A stretch of 64,000 nt of DNA from Deltaproteobacteria bacterium (GTDB taxonomy: Bacteria; CALINM01). The position numbers were made by a program, and so were the translations under genes. Numbering within the stretch: position 1 is the first letter of the stretch; the number at the start of each line of letters is the position of its first letter. Positions 50,849-60,582 of this stretch are shown one piece after another. The notes below the pieces were generated by a model that did no database searches, had not been told where the DNA came from, and was given only the letters and a program-made list of their open reading frames with translations. The stretch lies in contig JBBIPZ010000009.1 of NCBI GenBank assembly GCA_037442505.1, positions 8,618 through 72,617 on the forward strand, written 5' to 3'.

Positions 50849-51868
50849 GTGCTTATTGTAATGCACCATAACGCATCTGAAAAAGATGTTAATTCAGTGA
50901 AAAAAATAATTGAGGGAATGGGATACAAGGCAGTTTCTATACCGGGTGCGGAAAGAACTGCTATAGGTGTTATTGGTAATAAAGGTTGGGTTGACGATGC
51001 GCCTTTTAGAGGTATAAAAGGCATTTTAGAGATAATACATGTTACAAAACCTTTTAAATTGGTCAGCAGGGATTTTCATCCGTCTGATACTGTAATAAAG
51101 TTAGGTGAAAATGTGAAGGTTGGTGGAAAATCTCCTTTTCTTGTAATTGCTGGTCCCTGTGCTATAGAGAGTGAAGAACAACTAATTAAAACTGCTGTTT
51201 TTCTAAAAAAGTTAGGTGTGAATGTGTTGAGAGGTGGTGCTTACAAACCAAGAACAAGCCCACATTCATTTCAGGGGTTGCGTGAAAAAGGACTTGAACT
51301 GATGTCAATGGTCAGGGCTAAAACAGGTATTTTAACAGTCACAGAAATAATGAATACAGAGCATCTGGAGATTGTATCAAAGAATGTAGATATCCTGCAG
51401 ATTGGTGCGAGAAATATGCAGAACTTTGATCTATTGAAAGGTGTTGGAAAAACAAAGAAGCCAGTTATTCTAAAGAGAGGCCTATCTGCAACTGTAGAGG
51501 AATGGCTCGCTTCTGCAGAGTATATATTACTTGAAGGTAATCCAAACGTAATTTTATGCGAAAGAGGTATTAGAACTTTTGAGACCGCAACGAGAAACAC
51601 TTCTGACCTTGCGATTATACCTTTGGTTAAGTCATTGAGCCATCTGCCAGTAATCTTTGATCCAAGTCATGCCACTGGTAAAAGGGAACTTGTTTCTCCT
51701 ATGGCTCTTGCATCAATGATTGTTGGTTCAAATGGTGTTATGGTTGAGGTTCATCCAGAACCTGAATCAGCACTTTCTGATGGGCCACAATCACTGAATT
51801 TCAGAGAGTTTGAAAAGCTTTATTATAAAATTAAGACACTCTCAGAATTCTTATCAAATTCACAATAA
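50849..51868 (+). CDS. aroF: DAHP synthase type I-beta with N-terminal regulatory domain
   Basis: IAGPCAIES, GAYKPRTSPHSFQG, QIGARNMQNF, LCERGIRTFE, DPSH, SDGPQSL. Confidence 0.96.
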   Translation: MLIVMHHNASEKDVNSVKKIIEGMGYKAVSIPGAERTAIGVIGNKGWVDDAPFRGIKGILEIIHVTKPFKLVSRDFHPSDTVIKLGENVKVGGKSPFLVIAGPCAIESEEQLIKTAVFLKKLGVNVLRGGAYKPRTSPHSFQGLREKGLELMSMVRAKTGILTVTEIMNTEHLEIVSKNVDILQIGARNMQNFDLLKGVGKTKKPVILKRGLSATVEEWLASAEYILLEGNPNVILCERGIRTFETATRNTSDLAIIPLVKSLSHLPVIFDPSHATGKRELVSPMALASMIVGSNGVMVEVHPEPESALSDGPQSLNFREFEKLYYKIKTLSEFLSNSQ

Positions 51869-51917
51869 CAGTGTATCGATGAAAATGATTTTGCAGATGT
51901 GATTTTGTAGGATTATT

Positions 51918-51994
51918 TGGTAGCGGGGAGAGGATTTGAACCTCTGGCCTTCGGGTTATGAGCCCGACGAGCTGCCAAGCTGCTCCACCCCGCG
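51918..51994 (-). tRNA. Initiator tRNA-fMet (CAT)
   Basis: CGCGGGGTGGAGCAG...TCGGGCTCATAACCCGA...CCCCGCTACCA; C1:A72 mismatch and three G-C pairs in the anticodon stem. Confidence 0.97.
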
Positions 51995-52010
51995 TCTGTT
52001 ACAGTTAATA

Positions 52011-52076
52011 ATTTTAGACAATAGTTTTGGCTTTGTCAAGATATTTCTTGACATTATTTTCACTATTTCATATTAT
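52011..52076. promoter_or_regulatory. Back-to-back sigma-70 promoters for tRNA-fMet (-) and ffh (+)
   Basis: Minus strand TTGACA-N17-TAAAAT (52039 to 52011); plus strand TTGACA-N17-TATTAT (52048-52076). Confidence 0.75.
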
Positions 52077-52087
52077 TTTATTTCTGT

Positions 52088-53425
52088 ATGTTTGAAACAC
52101 TTTCAGATAAGTTAGGAGTTGTTTTTAAAAAGCTAAGAGGGCACGGCAGGATTACCGAAAGCAATATCAATGATGCTCTGAGAGAAGTGCGTCTTGCTTT
52201 GCTTGAAGCTGACGTTCATTTTAAAGTAGTCAAAGAGTTTCTTGATAGAGTTAAAGAAAAGGCATTAGGGCAGGAAGTTCTGAACAGTGTTACCCCAGCG
52301 CAGCAGTTTATCAAGATAGTGTATGATGAGCTTGTAAAAACATTGGGGGGCGAGACTGTTGAACTTAATTTTGCCGGCAAAACGCCTATTGTTTTTATGC
52401 TTGTTGGTTTGCAGGGAACAGGTAAAACCACTCAATCAGCCAAACTTGCTTTATATCTTAGAAATAAAAAAAGAAAGCCATGTCTTGTATCGTTGGATGT
52501 TTACCGTCCTGCTGCTTATGAACAGCTAAAAAAGTTATCTTTGCAGATTGCGGTACCTTTTTACGAATATTCTCAACCTGCTAACCCTTTAGATATAGCA
52601 CGTGATGCAATAATTTTTGCTGAGAAGAGTGGTTGCGATACAGTTATATTTGACACTGCTGGAAGATTACAGATTGACGAAGCCTTAATGGAAGAGCTTA
52701 AAACATTGCGTTCGCAGATTGTTATGAATGAGGTTCTTCTTGTTGTTGATGCAATGACAGGGCAGGAGGCTTTGAACGTTGCTGATCGCTTCAACAAAGA
52801 TGTTGGTTTAACGGGACTTGTACTGACAAAACTTGATGGTGACGCACGTGGTGGTGCTGCTTTATCAGCAAAAACAGTTACTGGTGTTCCTATCAAATTT
52901 GCTGGAATGGGTGAAAAGTTAAATGCTTTTGAGGTTTTTCATCCTGATAGAGTTGCTTCAAGAATATTGGGAATGGGTGATGTAGTTTCTCTCGTTGAAA
53001 AGGCACAGGATGTTGTTGATAAAAAACAAGCTGAAGACTGGCAAAAAAAGATGATGAAGGGCCAGTTTTCCTTGGAGGACTTTAAAGAACAATTCAAATA
53101 CATGAAAAAAATGGGATCTCTTGAAAGCATAATGGGGCTATTACCAGGAATGAATAAGTTGAAAAATGAAGTTGATTGGGATAAAATGGAAAAAGAGTTT
53201 AAAAGGATGGAAGCGATTATTAACTCAATGACATTGAAAGAAAGAAGAAATCCTGATATACTAAACGGAAGTAGAAAAAGGCGTATTGCCTTGGGAAGTG
53301 GAACTAATGTCCAGGAAGTAAATGCTTTGCTAAAAAATTACTTTCAGGCAAAAAAGATGTTTAATCAGATTAAACTTAAAGGTGCTAAGAACGTTTTACG
53401 TGGTTTAGGTGGTATTTTTAAATAA
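52088..53425 (+). CDS. ffh: Signal recognition particle protein
   Basis: ALLEADV, GLQGTGKTT, DTAGR, TKLDGDARGG, M domain. Confidence 0.98.
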   Translation: MFETLSDKLGVVFKKLRGHGRITESNINDALREVRLALLEADVHFKVVKEFLDRVKEKALGQEVLNSVTPAQQFIKIVYDELVKTLGGETVELNFAGKTPIVFMLVGLQGTGKTTQSAKLALYLRNKKRKPCLVSLDVYRPAAYEQLKKLSLQIAVPFYEYSQPANPLDIARDAIIFAEKSGCDTVIFDTAGRLQIDEALMEELKTLRSQIVMNEVLLVVDAMTGQEALNVADRFNKDVGLTGLVLTKLDGDARGGAALSAKTVTGVPIKFAGMGEKLNAFEVFHPDRVASRILGMGDVVSLVEKAQDVVDKKQAEDWQKKMMKGQFSLEDFKEQFKYMKKMGSLESIMGLLPGMNKLKNEVDWDKMEKEFKRMEAIINSMTLKERRNPDILNGSRKRRIALGSGTNVQEVNALLKNYFQAKKMFNQIKLKGAKNVLRGLGGIFK

Positions 53426-53441
53426 TTAAGGAGGCGATTTA

Positions 53442-53690
53442 ATGGCAGTAAAAATCAGATTGTTCAGAGCAGGCGGGAAAAAGAGTCCTTTTTACAGGAT
53501 AGTTGTTGCGAACTCGGAAGCTCCGAGAGATGGTAAGTTTATCGAAATACTTGGTTATTATGACCCAGCGAAAGGGACAGAGGCAGCAAAGTTGAATGTT
53601 GAAAGTTACAAAGAATGGTTAAAAAAGGGTGCTCAACCCACGGAAATTGTTGAACAAATTGCCAAAAAACTTGACGCATATAGCAACTGA
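53442..53690 (+). CDS. rpsP: 30S ribosomal protein S16
   Basis: [28 protein letters not shown]. Confidence 0.98.
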   Translation: MAVKIRLFRAGGKKSPFYRIVVANSEAPRDGKFIEILGYYDPAKGTEAAKLNVESYKEWLKKGAQPTEIVEQIAKKLDAYSN

Positions 53691-53716
53691 ATAAAACACA
53701 CATGGGAGGTAATGGA

Positions 53717-53947
53717 ATGAAAGAGCTAATCGAGTACATTGCAAAAGCATTGGTTGACAACCCTGGAGCAGTTAAGGTTACTGAGATTCAGGGAGAAAGC
53801 ACTACTGTTATCGAGCTTTCTGTTGCAAATGAGGACAGAGGAAAGGTCATTGGTAAAGACGGTAGAACAGCAAGAGCTATGAGAACAATACTATCTGCTG
53901 CTTCTGCAAAAGCAAGAAAAAGAGCAGTTCTCGAGATAGTAGAGTAA
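53717..53947 (+). CDS. khpA: KH-domain RNA-binding protein KhpA
   Basis: [31 protein letters not shown]. Confidence 0.95.
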   Translation: MKELIEYIAKALVDNPGAVKVTEIQGESTTVIELSVANEDRGKVIGKDGRTARAMRTILSAASAKARKRAVLEIVE

Positions 53948-54466
53948 ATGAAGGAAGGGGATTTAATATCCCTCGGCTTTGTTGTCTCTGTTCATGGATT
54001 AAAGGGCTTTGTTAAGCTAAAGACTTACAGCGGAAGGGCGGACAACCTTTCCGCTGGCTCTTTTTTATATATCAAAAAAAAATCAGGCGAGCTGGTTGAG
54101 CTTAAGATTAGAAAGGTTCAGAAACAGAAAAATCTTTTTCTTGTTTCTTTTGACGGAATTGATACTGTTGAGCAAGCCTTAGAATTGGAAAAATCTAAAG
54201 TTTTTAAAAAGTTTGGTGAGTTACAACCGACTGAAGAAGACGAATTCTATTTTGCAGAGCTGTTAGGATTAAAGGCTTTTTCGGTTATGGGGAAGTATCT
54301 CGGAAAGATAGAAGAGATTATCGAAACTGGTGCTAATTTTGTTATATCGGTAAAAAATGATGAAAATGAGTTGTTGTTTCCTTTTATAAAAAGTGTAGTA
54401 AAAGAAGTAAATAAGTCGGCAGGAAAAATAGTCCTGGATGTAACAGGTTACATAGATGAAGATTGA
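53948..54466 (+). CDS. rimM: Ribosome maturation factor RimM
   Basis: HGLKGFVK, DEFYFAELLG, ETGAN, PFI; operon position. Confidence 0.95.
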   Translation: MKEGDLISLGFVVSVHGLKGFVKLKTYSGRADNLSAGSFLYIKKKSGELVELKIRKVQKQKNLFLVSFDGIDTVEQALELEKSKVFKKFGELQPTEEDEFYFAELLGLKAFSVMGKYLGKIEEIIETGANFVISVKNDENELLFPFIKSVVKEVNKSAGKIVLDVTGYIDED

Positions 54467-55139
54467 CGTTATTACGATTTTTCCTGACTATTTTAAAACT
54501 CCTTTCGAACAGAGTTTAATAGCAAAGGCTATAGAAAAATCTTTGCTGAAGATTGATATATGGGATATAAGAGAATTTTCGGAAGATAAACATAAAACTG
54601 TTGACGATATCCCTTATGGTGGTGGATGTGGTATGGTAATGAAGATTCAGCCTATATACGATTGTCTGAATATGGTTGAAAAAAGAAATGGACATGGATA
54701 TAAGATAGTATTAACACCAAAGGGCAGAAAATTTACACAGGAAGTTGCAAAAGAATTAAGCAAGAAAGAGCATTTGATATTTATTTGTGGTAGATACGAA
54801 GGGATAGACGAACGCATTAATAACTTTGTAGATGATGAAATTTCGATAGGAGATTATGTTTTGATGGGTGGAGAAGTAGCTGCTATCGTTATTGTCGAGG
54901 CTGTTACAAGATTGGTAGATGGTGTGGTAGGTAAAACCAGATCTGTGGAAGTTGAAACATTTTCCAATAGTTTACTTGAATATCCTCAGTATACAAGACC
55001 TTATGATTTTTTAGGTTACAAAGTGCCCGACGTGTTAATTTCTGGTGACCATAAAAAGATTGAAGAATGGAGACGTTTACAGGCAATAGAAATCACAAAA
55101 AAAAGACGTCCTGATTTATTAAAAAAAGGTGAGGCATAA
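54456..55139 (+). CDS. trmD: tRNA (guanine37-N1)-methyltransferase
   Basis: VDDIPYGGG, CGRYEGIDER, SIGDYVLMGGE, LEYPQYTRP. Confidence 0.98.
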   Translation: MKIDVITIFPDYFKTPFEQSLIAKAIEKSLLKIDIWDIREFSEDKHKTVDDIPYGGGCGMVMKIQPIYDCLNMVEKRNGHGYKIVLTPKGRKFTQEVAKELSKKEHLIFICGRYEGIDERINNFVDDEISIGDYVLMGGEVAAIVIVEAVTRLVDGVVGKTRSVEVETFSNSLLEYPQYTRPYDFLGYKVPDVLISGDHKKIEEWRRLQAIEITKKRRPDLLKKGEA

Positions 55140-55143
55140 AAGG

Positions 55144-55704
55144 ATGCCTGATAACTTATATATAGCGTTGTTACATTATCCTATTTACAACAAAAATAAA
55201 GAAGTTACTGCAACTGCCTTTTTTAATTATGATTTACACGATATTTCTCGCGCTGCAAAGACTTTCGGTGTAAAAAAGTTTTTTATTGTGCAGCCTATAG
55301 AAAAACAGCTTGAATTAGGAAAGAAAATACTGTATCATTGGATAGAAGATTGGGGAAGCTGGTATAATCCGCGCAGAAAAGAGGCTTTGGTAGATGTAGT
55401 TTTGAAGAAAAACTTTGATGATGTGCTTCTGGATATAGAATCTGATTCTGGCTTAAAATCAAAGACTGTAGTAACAGACGCAAAAAAATTCAAGAATGTC
55501 ATTACTTACAGCAAATTGAAAAAAGAAATAAAAAAAAGGGAAAACGCCTTTTTGATTATATTTGGAACGGGGTGGGGACTTACAGAAGACTTTATAAACA
55601 GTTGCGACTATATTTTAAAACCTATATATGGAGAAGGAAAATATAACCATTTATCGGTGAGGTCTGCGGCTGCAATAATATTAGATAGATTATGTGGAAA
55701 ATAA
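55144..55704 (+). CDS. SPOUT-class RNA methyltransferase (trmD-associated, DUF2168-like)
   Basis: [52 protein letters not shown]. Confidence 0.9.
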   Translation: MPDNLYIALLHYPIYNKNKEVTATAFFNYDLHDISRAAKTFGVKKFFIVQPIEKQLELGKKILYHWIEDWGSWYNPRRKEALVDVVLKKNFDDVLLDIESDSGLKSKTVVTDAKKFKNVITYSKLKKEIKKRENAFLIIFGTGWGLTEDFINSCDYILKPIYGEGKYNHLSVRSAAAIILDRLCGK

Positions 55705-55714
55705 GGAGGATACG

Positions 55715-56068
55715 ATGAACACTTTAGAAACATTTGAAAAAAGTTTAATTGCGGGCAAACAGATGCCTGATTTAAGACCTGGATATACAGTTCGGGTTCA
55801 CACTAAGGTTAAAGAAGGTGATAAAGAACGTATTCAGGTATTTGAAGGTGTTGTTATAGCCAAGAAAGAAGGTGGAATTCGTTCAACTTTTACCGTCAGG
55901 AAAGTTTCTTATGGAGTAGGGGTTGAAAAGGTTTTCCCTCTATACTCTCCAATGATAGACAAGGTGGAGGTGGTCTCAAAAGGAAAAGTTAGAAGAGCTA
56001 AACTCTATTTCCTTAGAAACTTAAGAGGCAAGGCCGCAAGAATAAAGGAATTGAGAGACAATGACTAA
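55715..56068 (+). CDS. rplS: 50S ribosomal protein L19
   Basis: [30 protein letters not shown]; SD AAGGAGG. Confidence 0.98.
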   Translation: MNTLETFEKSLIAGKQMPDLRPGYTVRVHTKVKEGDKERIQVFEGVVIAKKEGGIRSTFTVRKVSYGVGVEKVFPLYSPMIDKVEVVSKGKVRRAKLYFLRNLRGKAARIKELRDND

Positions 56069-56077
56069 CAGCTTAAA

Positions 56078-56704
56078 ATGAAAAAAGAATCTTTCTGTCT
56101 TAGCAGCATTCCAAAAACGAAAGTTTGCTGTGGGATAGATGAAGTGGGAAGAGGTCCATTGGCGGGTCCTGTTGTAGCAGCGGCGGTGATTCTGCCAGTG
56201 GATTTTTTTTGTGATGAAATAAAAGATTCAAAAAAATTAAAACGAGCTCAGATCAAAAGGCTTTCTGATATTATTAAACTCAATGCCACCGCTTATGCCA
56301 TAGGAGTTGTGGCTCCTGATATCATAGACAAAACAGATATTTTAAATGCAACATTCCTTGCAATGAAAATGGCTGTTGATGGACTAAGCCTTAAGCCGGA
56401 TGTTATACTTATAGATGGCAACCTGCGAAATCCATATTTACTGCAGTTTGAACAGCATCCCGTTGTAGATGGAGATGCCTTTGTTCCGACAATCTCTGCC
56501 GCTTCTATCATTGCAAAAGATTACCGAGATACACTTATGGAGGAGTATGCGAAGTTTTTTCCGGAATATTTTTTCGAAAAACATAAAGGTTATGGTACAA
56601 AACTTCATATAGAAATGATTAGAAAATATGGTTTATCATCTTTGCACAGGAAAAGCTTTTGCAGAAAGTTTATAGAGACAAAACAGAGAGGCTTTTTTGA
56701 ATAA
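56078..56704 (+). CDS. rnhB: Ribonuclease HII
   Basis: GIDEVGRGPLAGPV, DSKK, IDGN, SAASIIAK, HKGYGT. Confidence 0.97.
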   Translation: MKKESFCLSSIPKTKVCCGIDEVGRGPLAGPVVAAAVILPVDFFCDEIKDSKKLKRAQIKRLSDIIKLNATAYAIGVVAPDIIDKTDILNATFLAMKMAVDGLSLKPDVILIDGNLRNPYLLQFEQHPVVDGDAFVPTISAASIIAKDYRDTLMEEYAKFFPEYFFEKHKGYGTKLHIEMIRKYGLSSLHRKSFCRKFIETKQRGFFE

Positions 56705-57053
56705 TAAATTTACTGGTAAAGTTGGCGAAAATTTAGCCGTTAATTATTTAAAAAAGAACGGTTACAGAATAATAGAAACAAATTTTAGTTGCAAGTTGGG
56801 TGAGATAGACATCATAGCGAAAGATGGTAAGACTTTATGTTTTGTGGAAGTTAAATTTAGGCAAAATGATTTTTATGGTTCTCCTTTAGATGCTGTTGAT
56901 AAAAGAAAGGTATCAAAGATCATAAAAACAGCCCAGTATTACTGTATGATTAACGATATTAGAGATGTTCCATTACGAATTGATGTAGTTGGAGTCGTTT
57001 GCAATAAAGAAAAAACAGATATAGTTTTGATTAAAAATGCAATAATGATGTAA
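56697..57053 (+). CDS. yraN: YraN family protein
   Basis: GENLA..YL, GEIDIIA, FVEVK, RIDV. Confidence 0.93.
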   Translation: MNNKFTGKVGENLAVNYLKKNGYRIIETNFSCKLGEIDIIAKDGKTLCFVEVKFRQNDFYGSPLDAVDKRKVSKIIKTAQYYCMINDIRDVPLRIDVVGVVCNKEKTDIVLIKNAIMM

Positions 57054-57065
57054 AATATTACATTT

Positions 57066-57926
57066 GTGATGAAAAATAGCATCTTTATTTATAGAAAAGG
57101 AGCGCTTGGAGATACATTATCTTTTTTACCATTCTTATTTGCATTAAGGGAAAAATATTTAAACATTACGTTTGCCGGTAACTATTTGTATCGCCAAATT
57201 TTTGAAGATATAAACTTTATAAATTTTGTAGATGCTGATAGCAGAGATGTTTTGAGATTTTTTGTCGATAATGAATACGAACCGTTGAACAGTTATGACA
57301 AAATACTGTTATTTACAACAGAAAAAGGCATAAACATTAGTTCTCCGAAAATAAAGCTATTTTCGCCGTTGCCTGCTGATAAATGGTTTTACAAACATCC
57401 TTTTGACTGCTTTGATATTGAGTTTTGTTTCAAAGAAATTTACCTTCCAATACATTATGATGAACAAATACATAGATTCACAGAGAATAAGCCTTACCTA
57501 ATTTTTCATCCGGGTAGTGGTGGCAAAAAGAAGCGTTTGCCGTTAGAAGTATTTATGAAACTTGAAGAATATTTTAAAAGCAGAAACTTTGATATTTACT
57601 ACCTTGTTGGAGAGTCAGAATTAGAGCTTATTAATAGTTTAAAAGGCAAAAAAATTCTTGTAAATCAATCTTTAAAAAAGGTAATATTTTTACTGTCAAG
57701 GGCTGTTTGCTATTTTGGATGTGATAATGGGGTTTCTCATTTAGCCGGTTTGCTAAATTTAGATGGAGTTGTTGTTTTTGGTCCCTCAAATCCTGATATT
57801 TATAGCCCGTGGGGACGTTTAACAGTTTTAAAATATAGAGAAGATTTAGGCGATTTAGATTTAAATCAAATCAAAAAAACGTTAGGAGATAAAATTGAGA
57901 AAAGAAGAAATTTATCTGGTGTCTGA
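57066..57926 (+). CDS. Glycosyltransferase family 9 (heptosyltransferase-like)
   Basis: GALGD, HPGSGGKKK, GCDNGVSHLA, FGPSNP. Confidence 0.85.
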   Translation: MMKNSIFIYRKGALGDTLSFLPFLFALREKYLNITFAGNYLYRQIFEDINFINFVDADSRDVLRFFVDNEYEPLNSYDKILLFTTEKGINISSPKIKLFSPLPADKWFYKHPFDCFDIEFCFKEIYLPIHYDEQIHRFTENKPYLIFHPGSGGKKKRLPLEVFMKLEEYFKSRNFDIYYLVGESELELINSLKGKKILVNQSLKKVIFLLSRAVCYFGCDNGVSHLAGLLNLDGVVVFGPSNPDIYSPWGRLTVLKYREDLGDLDLNQIKKTLGDKIEKRRNLSGV

Positions 57927-58710
57927 TGCAACAGGTGAAACGGCAGAAAAGATTGTTTTATCAGTGCTTGCGCAATTTAAGAAAGATTCTGTGAATATCT
58001 TAAGGTTTTCCAAGGTTACAACTCCAGAACAGATAAAAGAGATAATCAAGAAGGCTTCTCATACCGGGTCTATGGTTGTCTATACCCTTGCGCAAAAATG
58101 GATGAGGGACTTAATTTATAGAGAGACTGAAGCGAACAAAGTATTTTCTGTTGACCTTTTGGGCCCTGTCATCACAAGGTTTTCGCAATATCTTTCTATT
58201 AAGCCTTATGAAAAACCAGGTGCTCAACACACCATCGACGCAGAGTATTTTAGAAAAATTGATGCAATGGAGTTTACTGTAAAGCACGATGATGCACAAA
58301 ATTTAGAAACAATATACGAGGCTGATATTGTTATTATTGGTGTTTCTCGCACGTCGAAGACCCCCCTCTCAATATATCTGTCTCACGAGGCATGGAAGGT
58401 TGCTAATGTGCCTTTTGTTCCCAGAGTTGAATATAATCTTGATTATTCTAAGCTTTCGGGTAAAATGATTGGGCTTATCATAGATCCAGTCTATCTCATT
58501 GATATCAGAAAAGAAAGGCTAAAATTTATGGGAGCAGGTCTTGAAGACACAGGTTATATTGATTTAAAGAGTGTTTACGAAGAAATCAATGCTTCGATTC
58601 ATTTCTTTAAAAAGAATAAAATACCTATGGTCGATGTGACAAAAAAATCGATAGAAGAAACCTCTTCTGAAATATTAAGAACACTTAAAAAAGATAGAAT
58701 AAAATTTTAA
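57895..58710 (+). CDS. ppsR: PEP synthase/pyruvate phosphate dikinase regulatory protein (DUF299)
   Basis: SDATGETAE, YFRKIDAMEF..KHDD, GVSRTSKTPLS, SIEETS. Confidence 0.93.
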   Translation: MRKEEIYLVSDATGETAEKIVLSVLAQFKKDSVNILRFSKVTTPEQIKEIIKKASHTGSMVVYTLAQKWMRDLIYRETEANKVFSVDLLGPVITRFSQYLSIKPYEKPGAQHTIDAEYFRKIDAMEFTVKHDDAQNLETIYEADIVIIGVSRTSKTPLSIYLSHEAWKVANVPFVPRVEYNLDYSKLSGKMIGLIIDPVYLIDIRKERLKFMGAGLEDTGYIDLKSVYEEINASIHFFKKNKIPMVDVTKKSIEETSSEILRTLKKDRIKF

Positions 58711-58724
58711 CAAGGAGGCCAATT

Positions 58725-58835
58725 ATGGGACAGGGAACAAGAAAAAAAGAGTTGAGACAACGTAGACACAGAAAAGAAAAGGCAAGAAAGCTTAGAGAAA
58801 GGCAAATGTTAGCAGAAAAGGAGATGAAAAAATAG
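58725..58835 (+). CDS. Small basic protein (36 aa, DUF6800-like)
   Basis: SD AAGGAGG; MGQGTRKKELRQRRHRKEKARKLRERQMLAEKEMKK; followed by a terminator. Confidence 0.75.
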   Translation: MGQGTRKKELRQRRHRKEKARKLRERQMLAEKEMKK

Positions 58836-58863
58836 GCATGTAAGCAAAACATGCCTATTTTTT
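58827..58863 (+). terminator. Intrinsic terminator-like hairpin
   Basis: AAAAAATAGGCATGT-AAGCAAA-ACATGCCTATTTTTT. Confidence 0.75.
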
Positions 58864-58984
58864 GGTCAAAAAAGTTTTAGATTTTTTTCTTTAAAGTCCT
58901 ATTTGTTCTCAAATAGTTCAGATTTTGCTGAACATATTCAATAGTTATAAGGCATAGCTGAAGATTTGATTTGCATCGTTCAAC

Positions 58985-59001
58985 TTGGCATTTAACTTGC
59001 T
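58985..59001 (+). promoter_or_regulatory. Sigma-54 (-24/-12) promoter of the glutamate synthase operon
   Basis: TTGGCATTTAACTTGCT with exact GG-N10-GC spacing, about 35 nt before the start codon. Confidence 0.8.
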
Positions 59002-59036
59002 TCAAAACTTTCCCATTTTATTATTGGAGGGTGAAA

Positions 59037-60560
59037 GTGCTTTTTAGACCTGTTAGTCAATCTTTTTATGAATTTGATGTGAGAAGAAATGAGGATAGAT
59101 GCATACAGTGTCGTGTGTGTGAAAGACAATGCTCTTATCTTGTACACTCTTACGATCCTAAGGAAAACAAGATGATGGCTGACAACCCAAAATGTGTTGG
59201 TTGTCGTAGATGTGAGGCGATGTGTCCTACAGATGCATTAAAGATTACTTTGAACGAATCAACATTCAGGCCTAACTATTCTTGGACCAATTTTCACCGT
59301 ATGGCTATTATCAAACAGGCGGAAACTGGTGGGATTTTACTTACCGGTATGGGGAATGATAAACCATACAAGATTTTCTGGGATCATTTGTTAATTGACG
59401 CATGCCAGGTTACCAATCCGTCTATCGACCCACTCAGAGAACCGATGGAGCTAAGGACTTATTTAGGCTCAAAGCCTGATAAGCTTGAATTTGAAAATAA
59501 AGACGGAAAGCTTTCCTTAAAAACACAGCTTACACCACAATTAAGATTAGAGTACCCTGTGATGTTTGGGGCTATGTCGTATGGTGCTATTAACCTAAAT
59601 GTACATAGGGCAATGGCGATGGCGGCTAAAGAATTAGGGATTTTATATAACACAGGTGAAGGAGGTCTTCACAAAAGCCTTTATGAATATGGACCTTGGA
59701 CAATAGTTCAGTGTGCTTCTGGAAGGTTTGGTGTTCATGCAGAATACTTAAATGCTGGTGCAGCAATAGAGATTAAGATCGGTCAAGGGGCAAAACCTGG
59801 CATTGGTGGGCATTTACCGGGAGAAAAGGTTACGCCTCCTATCTCTGAAACAAGAATGATCCCCGTTGGCAGTGATGCACTTTCTCCTGCGCCACACCAC
59901 GATATTTATTCGATTGAAGACCTGAGGCAGTTAATCTATGCATTAAAAGAGGCTTCAGATTATAAAAAGCCCGTTAGCGTCAAGATTGCAGCAGTTCATA
60001 ATTCAGCAGCGATTGCAAGTGGCATAGCGAGGGCTGGAGCTGATATAATTGTTCTTGATGGTTTTAGAGGTGGCACAGGTGCTGCACCCACGATCATCAG
60101 GGATCATGTTGGAATACCAGCCGAATTAGCGTTAGCCGCAGTTGATCAACGTTTGAGAGACGAAGGAATAAGGAATTCTGTGTCAATTGTAGTTTCAGGT
60201 GGAATCAGGGGAAGTGCTGATGTGCTAAAAGCTATTGCACTTGGGGCAGATGCGGTTTATATTGGCACAGCAACCCTGCAGGCTGTAGGTTGTACAGTTT
60301 GTCAGAGATGTTACACAGGTAAATGTCCATGGGGTATCGCTACAAATGATCCCTATCTTGCCAAACGTATAAATCCGGAGATTGCTGCTGAAAGGCTTGT
60401 AAATCTTGTTCATGGTTGGGGACACGAAATAAAGGAAATTTTAGGTGCGCTGGGAATAAACGCCATTGAATCTCTTAGAGGCAATAGGTTAAGGTTGAGA
60501 GCTGTTGGTCTCACAGAGAAGGAGATGGAAATACTTGGTGTTTTACCAGCGGGTGTATAA
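59037..60560 (+). CDS. Archaeal-type glutamate synthase FMN subunit (GltB2) with N-terminal 2x[4Fe-4S] domain
   Basis: AMSYGA, NTGEGG, EIKIGQGAKPGIGGHLPGEKV, SPAPHHDIYSIEDL, CTVCQRCYTGKCPWG; GGAGG precedes GTG 59037. Confidence 0.93.
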   Translation: MLFRPVSQSFYEFDVRRNEDRCIQCRVCERQCSYLVHSYDPKENKMMADNPKCVGCRRCEAMCPTDALKITLNESTFRPNYSWTNFHRMAIIKQAETGGILLTGMGNDKPYKIFWDHLLIDACQVTNPSIDPLREPMELRTYLGSKPDKLEFENKDGKLSLKTQLTPQLRLEYPVMFGAMSYGAINLNVHRAMAMAAKELGILYNTGEGGLHKSLYEYGPWTIVQCASGRFGVHAEYLNAGAAIEIKIGQGAKPGIGGHLPGEKVTPPISETRMIPVGSDALSPAPHHDIYSIEDLRQLIYALKEASDYKKPVSVKIAAVHNSAAIASGIARAGADIIVLDGFRGGTGAAPTIIRDHVGIPAELALAAVDQRLRDEGIRNSVSIVVSGGIRGSADVLKAIALGADAVYIGTATLQAVGCTVCQRCYTGKCPWGIATNDPYLAKRINPEIAAERLVNLVHGWGHEIKEILGALGINAIESLRGNRLRLRAVGLTEKEMEILGVLPAGV

Positions 60561-60582
60561 ATTTAAAAGGAGTTGCTAAACA

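Noticed and set aside
58971-59036. Track's TTG start for the glutamate synthase subunit
   Set aside because: Lies upstream of the sigma-54 promoter; GGAGG supports GTG 59037.
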